A DNA stretch of 64,000 bases from an uncultured bacterium (lineage in GTDB: Bacteria; Krumholzibacteriota; Krumholzibacteriia; Krumholzibacteriales; Krumholzibacteriaceae), in the NCBI GenBank assembly GCA_964422745.1, contig CAYRCK010000010.1, positions 11,136 through 75,135 of the forward strand, given 5' to 3'. Numbering within the stretch: position 1 is the stretch's first letter; each line of letters begins with the position of its first letter. A program made the translations under genes and the position numbers. Below the pieces are notes generated by a model that was not told the origin of the DNA, did no database searches, and saw nothing but the letters and a program-made list of their open reading frames with translations. Positions 57,581 through 64,000 of this stretch are shown piece after piece.

Positions 57581-59818
57581 ATGCGTTGTGCCAGATATGT
57601 ACTCGGTGCCCTTGCGGCACTGCTTGTATCGTTGCTGCCGTACGGACCGGCCGATGCAGCCAATGACATTCCATCGGCCCACCAGCAGGGACAGAAGTTT
57701 ATTAACCGCGTCTTGGTCACAGACGGCACCAACGTCCATAACGTAGGGCGGCTCCATGTCCATGTGGGTAATTGGGGAGTCTTCGGCTCTTATCCCGGCA
57801 CCTCGTATCCCTTCTCCAGCGTACCCTCGGCTCAATGGCCGGCCAGCAGCGGGGTGGAATACCTGTATGCCTGCGGATTGTGGGTGGGAGCGGAAAAAAA
57901 CGGAATCCAATCCGTTTCGACTTCCATGTACGAGTGGGAACTGCTTCCGACGATGAGCGTCACAGACATCATATACAACTCGTACGAGGGGGCCCTCGGT
58001 GGCACCAGGCTTCCGGATCCAGGGTCGGACGATGACGGCGACGGATGCACGGATGAGGATTGGCTGGATGGACGCGACAACGACGGCGACGGATGCATAG
58101 ACGAGGACTACGCGGCCATATCCGCTCAGATGTTCAGCTGCTGGTATACCGATGACCAACCCGATGCTACAGCCTACTATCCAGAGCACAAACCCCTGAA
58201 CATCACGGTCAGGCAGGAAAGCTATCAATGGGAAGAGAAGTCATTTTACGATTTCGTCGGCATCAGGTACATAGTAACGAATACGGGTAATGATTTACTG
58301 GAGAACGTCTATCTCGGATTCTTCGTCGATCCCGACGTCGGCCCTCGGAGCAGACCGTATTACTGGCAGGACGATGCTGTGGCAAGCTGGCGCGGCCTCA
58401 TGTGCACGGAGAACGGGCCGGTCTCACTGGATATGGGATACGCGTACGACGTGGACGCAGACGGGGGGCAGACGCCGGGGTACGCCGGATTCATGCTTCT
58501 CGGTCATACAACGGATCCCCTCGGTATCAAGGCCCCCGAAAGGGCGGGGATTGCCTCCCTGCAGTACTTCGAGGGAGAACTGCCTTACGAGTACGGTGGA
58601 GACCCTACATCCGACTACCAGCGGTACGAGCTCATGTCGTCGGGCCGTTTCGACAGGGATTCAGGCTCCCCGGGAGATCACAGGATGCTGATCAGCACAG
58701 GGCCTTTCCCCAGGCTCGCCCCCGGCGAGACGATAGAAATACACCTAGCGATAGTTCTCGGGATGGGGCGGCAGGGCATGCTCGAAAACGCCGCCGCCGC
58801 GCAGGATCTCTTCAACGGCGTTTGGTGCGATATAGATGGAGATCCTCTGACGGGAATCGACCGGAGGGAAACTCCGGTGCACGGCCCCGCCCAGGTAGTG
58901 ATCGACGCCTGCCGCCCCGAATTGAGCGATCCGGTAACTGTCCCCCGGGGATCCGTCGTCTGGATCAACAGCGACTGCGGGCAGGAGGATGACTATAGGG
59001 ACAGCTGCGGCTACGGAGAGCAGGACAGCCTGTTGTTCCGTACCGGTGTCGCGGGCAGAGAGCACCGGATCAACTGGCTCTCCGAGGGTCAGTCCATTTC
59101 CCTGGACATCCTCGACATCCTCCCCTGTGTTTGCCCCAACCCGTTCCCGATGAGCCTGTTCAACACGAATGACAGGCTGGATCCATCCGCGTGGGACATT
59201 CTCCCCGTGGCCGTGCTGGGCAATCCGTCCTTGGACGTTCGAGAGATAGACATATCCACCGTCCTGCTCGAAGGTGTCGCTCCCACCGTTCATCACAGCA
59301 TCAGGGACAAGGCGGGGCTCACCGAGGGCAGGCAGGACTGCGAGTGCACTACAGCCGGGCCCGACGGGCTGGATGACCTGATGCTGAAATTTCCGACTGT
59401 GGACCTCGTGGAGGTCTTGAGCATGGACGGCATCCCCACGCGCGGGGAGGAGAGGATGCTGACGCTGACGGGGCTGCTGCTGGACGGAACCGCTTTCCGT
59501 GCTTCCGACTGCCTGAGATTCGTCGGCGAGATGGATCTCCCCGAGCATACGCATCTGGAGCCACGTATCACCGCTGCATATCCCAACCCGTTCAACCCTG
59601 TCACCCGCCTCTCGTACTACATACCCGATGGCCGGCACGTGCGCCTATCGGTGTACGACGTGTCGGGAAGGCTGATCGAGGTGCTGGTCGACGGGTACAA
59701 GACCGCCGGGGATCATACAGTGAGCTGGAACGCGGAAGGATTGGGGAGCGGAGTTTACTTCCAGCTTCTGGAGTCAGGCGATTATTCGGTATCCGGAAAG
59801 TTGATTTTGCTGAGATAG
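57581..59818 (+). CDS. Secreted multidomain protein with T9SS/FlgD-type tail
   Basis: Signal peptide; HNVG..NWG.FG..WP..SG.EYL..GLWVG; DDDGDG/DNDGDG Ca-type motifs; AYPNPFNP…SGVYF…KLILLR. Confidence 0.8.
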   Translation: MRCARYVLGALAALLVSLLPYGPADAANDIPSAHQQGQKFINRVLVTDGTNVHNVGRLHVHVGNWGVFGSYPGTSYPFSSVPSAQWPASSGVEYLYACGLWVGAEKNGIQSVSTSMYEWELLPTMSVTDIIYNSYEGALGGTRLPDPGSDDDGDGCTDEDWLDGRDNDGDGCIDEDYAAISAQMFSCWYTDDQPDATAYYPEHKPLNITVRQESYQWEEKSFYDFVGIRYIVTNTGNDLLENVYLGFFVDPDVGPRSRPYYWQDDAVASWRGLMCTENGPVSLDMGYAYDVDADGGQTPGYAGFMLLGHTTDPLGIKAPERAGIASLQYFEGELPYEYGGDPTSDYQRYELMSSGRFDRDSGSPGDHRMLISTGPFPRLAPGETIEIHLAIVLGMGRQGMLENAAAAQDLFNGVWCDIDGDPLTGIDRRETPVHGPAQVVIDACRPELSDPVTVPRGSVVWINSDCGQEDDYRDSCGYGEQDSLLFRTGVAGREHRINWLSEGQSISLDILDILPCVCPNPFPMSLFNTNDRLDPSAWDILPVAVLGNPSLDVREIDISTVLLEGVAPTVHHSIRDKAGLTEGRQDCECTTAGPDGLDDLMLKFPTVDLVEVLSMDGIPTRGEERMLTLTGLLLDGTAFRASDCLRFVGEMDLPEHTHLEPRITAAYPNPFNPVTRLSYYIPDGRHVRLSVYDVSGRLIEVLVDGYKTAGDHTVSWNAEGLGSGVYFQLLESGDYSVSGKLILLR

Positions 59819-59847
59819 AGCCCTTAACGCATCCCGCACAGAGGAGC

Positions 59848-60900
59848 TCATCCGGTCACCGGCTCGAGCCTAACGGAGTATGATACTGCCTCTATTCCCG
59901 GCAGATCCCCGCAATCGACGGCGGTTCTAGATATAACGTAGCTCCCCGTTTTCTCCAATTCCCTTTCGAAAAACGGCAGGCCGGGGGCATAGTAAACGGT
60001 CCCGCCTTCTTTCAGGGACGAGATGATCTTCATGAACAGCGCGGCGTATCTCGCTGCGCCCTGCCCGCTGTGGAGGTGATTGAATATGAAATGAGTCGAG
60101 ATCGACTGGTGCGCGATGACGGTCCCCCAGGGACAAATGCCGTAATCGTAATCGAACCAGTCCTGCTTGAAAAAATTCCCGCCCGAAGGTGCGAACCTGT
60201 CCACACCGTATGATTCGATCCCCACTCCGTCAAGGTAACCCACAAGCCTCCCCGAAGCACCGCACCCGACGTCAAGAACCGGCTCGAGCAATTCCGATAT
60301 CTCGATATTCAGCACCCCAAGCTGGAATTCCGCCGAGTACTCCTCGTTCGGCACATTCCCGAGCAGCGGGCTCTCCTCGACCGATGCCTCTACGCTCGCC
60401 ACGCAGTATGAATACAGCAACATCCTAAGCTTCTCCAGATGGAATCCGAGGATATCGGAGTACGAACCGGTCAGCGATTCGATATCCTTCGACGCCTCCA
60501 ATGCGCCCCTAAGGCGCTCCAGAAAGGCCGAGTACTCCTCACGCAGCGCCGTTTCGTACGATCCGGAAATGTTTAAGAATTGATTCCGCCTCGAGATGTA
60601 TTCCTCTACGGAGTGGATCAGATGCTTGACGAGCCGGTCACGCCGCCCATCATCAGAAAGATATTCGATTATCTCATCCCTCGTCTCGAAGGCGAATTCC
60701 ACCAGGTCCGGATCCACGGCGCGGAACTTCTCGTTGGAGAACAGAAATTCCCTCAATGTATTCGCCGAGTGCCGCTCGTGCTTACGATCGATGAATCCGA
60801 TCAGCTTGGCTTGGATATCCTCGTCTTTCATACCCTCGAATGAAGTTCCGGATAGAATAGTAGGAATATTTTTCACGACGGATGCCCCCACTCCATTCAC
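59848..60900 (-). CDS. Hypothetical protein with C-terminal SAM-methyltransferase-like domain
   Basis: VLDVGCGASG, GVD in the C-terminal third; helical N-terminal part. Confidence 0.65.
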   Translation of the reverse strand: MNGVGASVVKNIPTILSGTSFEGMKDEDIQAKLIGFIDRKHERHSANTLREFLFSNEKFRAVDPDLVEFAFETRDEIIEYLSDDGRRDRLVKHLIHSVEEYISRRNQFLNISGSYETALREEYSAFLERLRGALEASKDIESLTGSYSDILGFHLEKLRMLLYSYCVASVEASVEESPLLGNVPNEEYSAEFQLGVLNIEISELLEPVLDVGCGASGRLVGYLDGVGIESYGVDRFAPSGGNFFKQDWFDYDYGICPWGTVIAHQSISTHFIFNHLHSGQGAARYAALFMKIISSLKEGGTVYYAPGLPFFERELEKTGSYVISRTAVDCGDLPGIEAVSYSVRLEPVTG

Positions 60901-60949
60901 AACAAAACTCCTGGACCGGGAGCATTGCCGCAGCTGTTCTCTTGCCCGC

Positions 60950-61969
60950 TCAATCTACAGCAAGCAGATGAACCTCACTGAGCGCCTTCACCGCCCTGTC
61001 GGAGAAGAAATCGGCACTGGGTAACAACTTGAACGCCCCCCCATGATCCTCGCCGCCCTCTACAACCAGAACCTCGGATTGGTCGTTTCTGTTCATGACC
61101 TCGCTGTAGGAGAAGACGCACCTGTACCCGTCGACGGCCGCCGCCACGAAATAGCCCCTTTGTATCGATTCCGCGGATAAGGGAAAATAGCTTTCGAGTA
61201 TCGCCTTGAGCCTCACGCCCCGGAACGACCTCACGCCGTGAATCCCGCGGCCCCGTCCATAGAAGACGACCGGATAGGATACTTGATCCAAATAGGAGGG
61301 ATAGGCCCCCAATGTTTCGAGCCTTTCGGCTCCGGCGAAGAGCTCCAACTGAGGGGAGTGAAGAGGCGCATCCCTGTCCACCGTGAACGAGAGGGGCGCC
61401 GAGACAACCGTGACATAGCGTGGATCGGAGATGTTCCTCTCGGTGTAGAGATCCGTTGCGACGATCAGCTTCGTCCTGACGGGAACCGGCCAGCGATCCT
61501 CTGATTTAGTTGGAAATATCGGTGAAACCCTCGTCGCGATGATTATATTGTGCCGATCGGCCGGATAGTAGATCTCGCCCCAGCTCAAGACCGCGGCATC
61601 TCCCCTCCCGTTTTCCACCCTCACAAGAAGATCGATCAGCCTTCTGAATTCATCCTTGTTCTTCTTGTTGATCTCGAAGAGGTCGAGGACGTCGCTCAAG
61701 GAATACCCGTCATATCGGAAGGCCCCGCTGAATTCGCCCTCGTTGCCGGTCCAGCGCACCTCCTTCACGACAACGGAACGCAGCGGAAGCTTTCTGAGAT
61801 CGACCGTGCCGGGGTCCGCGACCTCCCCGCCGATATGGATAACGGGCTCTCCCTCGAGATCCAGCGTCTCGAACTCGTCGTATAGATCGTTGGTCTGCGC
61901 GGCCGATGAATCGGCAATAGCCGTAATCGAAACCAGACAAATGATCCAAAGGGCATTTTTCATAAACAT
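60950..61969 (-). CDS. Secreted protein with duplicated molybdopterin-oxidoreductase-like domains
   Basis: Sec signal from MKNALW; two related halves (…G.SL.D.L…DG…V.S..E(I/V)). Confidence 0.55.
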   Translation of the reverse strand: MFMKNALWIICLVSITAIADSSAAQTNDLYDEFETLDLEGEPVIHIGGEVADPGTVDLRKLPLRSVVVKEVRWTGNEGEFSGAFRYDGYSLSDVLDLFEINKKNKDEFRRLIDLLVRVENGRGDAAVLSWGEIYYPADRHNIIIATRVSPIFPTKSEDRWPVPVRTKLIVATDLYTERNISDPRYVTVVSAPLSFTVDRDAPLHSPQLELFAGAERLETLGAYPSYLDQVSYPVVFYGRGRGIHGVRSFRGVRLKAILESYFPLSAESIQRGYFVAAAVDGYRCVFSYSEVMNRNDQSEVLVVEGGEDHGGAFKLLPSADFFSDRAVKALSEVHLLAVD

Positions 61970-62039
61970 TTCCGTCAACGCTCCAGGCTGAGGACACTCC
62001 GGCCCGCGCGGTGCATTCACATCCCAGGTATCAGGCGGC

Positions 62040-62858
62040 TCACTCACTCTTGAAGAGGTGAACGTCGCTCTGCGGATACGGGATAGAGATCCCCTCCTGA
62101 TCGAAAGTCAACTTGACGTTCTCGTGCATATCGAAGTATATGCCCCAGTAATCAGCCGAGTCGCACCATGCCCTAACGGTGAAATTCACCGAGCTGTCGG
62201 CGAGCTCCGAGAGCAGAATCGCTGGTTCCGGATCCTTGAGAATCCGGCTGTCCCCATCGACCAGCCTCTGAAGAATCCCCTTCACCTTCTTGACGTCGTC
62301 ATCGTAGCTGACCCCGAAAACCATATCGACACGTCTCTGGGGTTCCGTGGAATAGTTCGTTATATTGCCCCCCGAAAGCGGGCCGTTCGGGATAATGACC
62401 GTTTTGTTGTCTACAGTGCTGAGCACTGTGTTGAAGATCCGTATTTTCTTCACCACACCCTTGAACCCCTGGGCATCGATAAAATCACCCGCCCTGAACG
62501 GCTTGAACAGCAATATCAGCACACCTCCGGCGAAGTTCGCCAGGCTGCCCTGAAGAGCAAAACCGACCGCCAGGCCCGCGGCTCCGAGCACCGCCACAAA
62601 GGACGTCGTCGCGATGCCTATCATCGAGGCGACGCTGATCACGAGCAGCACCTTCAATATCACGGAGATGAGGCTCGATAGAAACGACCTCAGCGATTCA
62701 TCGACCTTGCTCCTCTCCATGGACTTGCGCGACACCTTTACTATACCCTTGATCACCCAAAGCCCGATTACCAGCACGACGATCGCCAGAATCAGCTTGG
62801 GAGCGTACCTCATGATCAGATCCACCGCCTTTTCGAGATAAAGACCCGAATTATCCAT
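62040..62858 (-). CDS. mscS: Small-conductance mechanosensitive channel
   Basis: GAAGLAVGFALQGSL.NFAGG..KPF..GD, IPNG, RRVD..GVSY, IPYPQ. Confidence 0.95.
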   Translation of the reverse strand: MDNSGLYLEKAVDLIMRYAPKLILAIVVLVIGLWVIKGIVKVSRKSMERSKVDESLRSFLSSLISVILKVLLVISVASMIGIATTSFVAVLGAAGLAVGFALQGSLANFAGGVLILLFKPFRAGDFIDAQGFKGVVKKIRIFNTVLSTVDNKTVIIPNGPLSGGNITNYSTEPQRRVDMVFGVSYDDDVKKVKGILQRLVDGDSRILKDPEPAILLSELADSSVNFTVRAWCDSADYWGIYFDMHENVKLTFDQEGISIPYPQSDVHLFKSE

Positions 62859-62998
62859 AGCTCCTCCTCCGTTGGTGTTGCCGTTTTTTCATCTTCCTAC
62901 GAACGACCGCGATACCCCGGTCAGGTGTGTCCAGCGAACTGAAACGAGAATATCAGTGATGAGCTTCACGCTGTCAAACTTATAAACCCGAATCCGCT

Positions 62999-63724
62999 TC
63001 AGCGATCCTTACCCTTACGCGCCTTCTTCAGTCTTTCCAAAAACGACTTGTAGAGAAAACTTCCCTTGTCCAGACAGCACAACCTCTCGAACATCGGCTT
63101 TGTCACGGTGAAGGCCAGGATCTCGGGAGGGAGATACTGCCTCATGGCGATATCCGTCGCCCCGACGATCGCCTGGGGAGCGGTAAGGTCGGCGAAGCAG
63201 GATACGAGCTGCATGCAACCCGATCCGAATGGTGCTATCACAGGCAAGGCGTCACCCGGAGCGCTGTCGTACTGGGCGCCCAATGCGAGCATACTGAGCT
63301 GGTCCGGATCGACTAGGAACGTCATGCTCTTGAGATATTCATATTGATCTTCGTTCGCGGGGCCGACGAGAATGTGCCCATGCTCCTGCATGTAGCCCTT
63401 GTTGCTATCGAGCCATTCATTCATGAGGGCGTGCGACGACTTGAGCCCCTCCTCATCCGCCAGAAACCTCACGAAGTCTTCCCTCGATCTTGTCTGCACG
63501 CCGCATATGTGATACCCCGCGCCGCCGCATCCGAAGTTGTCCTTCGTTATGTGAAGGGTCTTCCCGCAAAGCCATTGCTTGTAATACGCAAAGAGGCAAG
63601 ACCACTTTCCGGGCTCAGGTACAACAAGCGGCTCGAAGGGCTCAACCTCCGGCGCATCGTAAAAACCGATCAACGGTGACTCGAGACCGATCTTCTCCAT
63701 CAGCGCGGATGCATCAGGCTGCAA
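62999..63724 (-). CDS. DUF169-like protein
   Basis: CL…G…T…GCGG; PFGSGC; G..D…R…E..AF..P. Confidence 0.75.
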   Translation of the reverse strand: MQPDASALMEKIGLESPLIGFYDAPEVEPFEPLVVPEPGKWSCLFAYYKQWLCGKTLHITKDNFGCGGAGYHICGVQTRSREDFVRFLADEEGLKSSHALMNEWLDSNKGYMQEHGHILVGPANEDQYEYLKSMTFLVDPDQLSMLALGAQYDSAPGDALPVIAPFGSGCMQLVSCFADLTAPQAIVGATDIAMRQYLPPEILAFTVTKPMFERLCCLDKGSFLYKSFLERLKKARKGKDR

Positions 63725-63842
63725 AGGATATCCTCCGGTTCAATCGAAAGCGGCATTCGTCTAAGCCGGCACAAAATGCAATACCGGCCTCCACGGCGCG
63801 CTGAAAGCGGCACGGTCGGCATTGTAAACCGATCGCCTCGTC

Positions 63843-64000
63843 CTACCCTTCGGTCTTCGACTGAGCGATCTTCTTCAGCTTATCGTTCGCCATGATGGCG
63901 ATCTCGACCCTGCGGTTGGCCTGACGCCCCTCGGGTGTCTCGTTCGATGCTATAGGCTGCGATTCGCCATACCCCATCATCGTAAATCTCGTGGGATCGA
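63843..64000 (-). CDS. 3' end of an OmpA-family peptidoglycan-binding protein (partial)
   Basis: Hand translation: DPTRFTMMGYGESQPIASNETPEGRQANRRVEIAIMANDKLKKIAQSKTEG*. Confidence 0.9.
   Translation of the reverse strand, partial: DPTRFTMMGYGESQPIASNETPEGRQANRRVEIAIMANDKLKKIAQSKTEG

Noticed and set aside
1-64000. CRISPR array, tRNA/rRNA, IS elements, prophage, defence systems
   Set aside because: No regularly spaced direct repeats, cloverleaf/rRNA signatures, transposase/integrase motifs or phage structural genes seen by eye. Dedicated tools were not run.

Overview
This is a 64-kb GC-rich, gene-dense bacterial chromosomal segment. I found no rRNA, tRNA, CRISPR array, transposase or phage gene. 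Three secreted proteins end in a 'PNPFNP...SG(V/I)YF...LLR/LMR' FlgD-Ig/T9SS-type tail, which points to an FCB-group organism, possibly Krumholzibacteria/Latescibacteria-like (inference only). Housekeeping and metabolic genes: pfkA, apgM, nth, trmO, cutA, trxA, dapA-dapB, nadE, msrAB, mscS, two tandem acyl-CoA ligases, an SLC12-like transporter, an OmpR/sensor-kinase pair, a serpin and a heparinase-like lyase. There are also many exported repeat proteins. Three candidates stand out. (1) An Lrp - divergent PLP gamma-lyase - homoserine dehydrogenase - aldehyde dehydrogenase operon looks catabolic (unknown gamma-substituted amino acid -> homoserine -> aspartate semialdehyde -> aspartate). It converges on dapAB and lies next to a nitrilase-family remnant. 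(2) A 1381-aa ORF looks like a polyprotein: signal peptide, domain A, an internal IPTL-CTERM-like sorting helix, a second signal peptide, domain B and a T9SS-like tail. (3) A DUF11/Ig-repeat surface-protein operon has paralogous subunits, double intergenic hairpins and a shared upstream motif. Two real-looking genes missed by the ORF track were found by hand: a 54-aa lipoprotein and the truncated third DUF11-cluster gene. All family assignments come from motif recognition by eye, with no database search.
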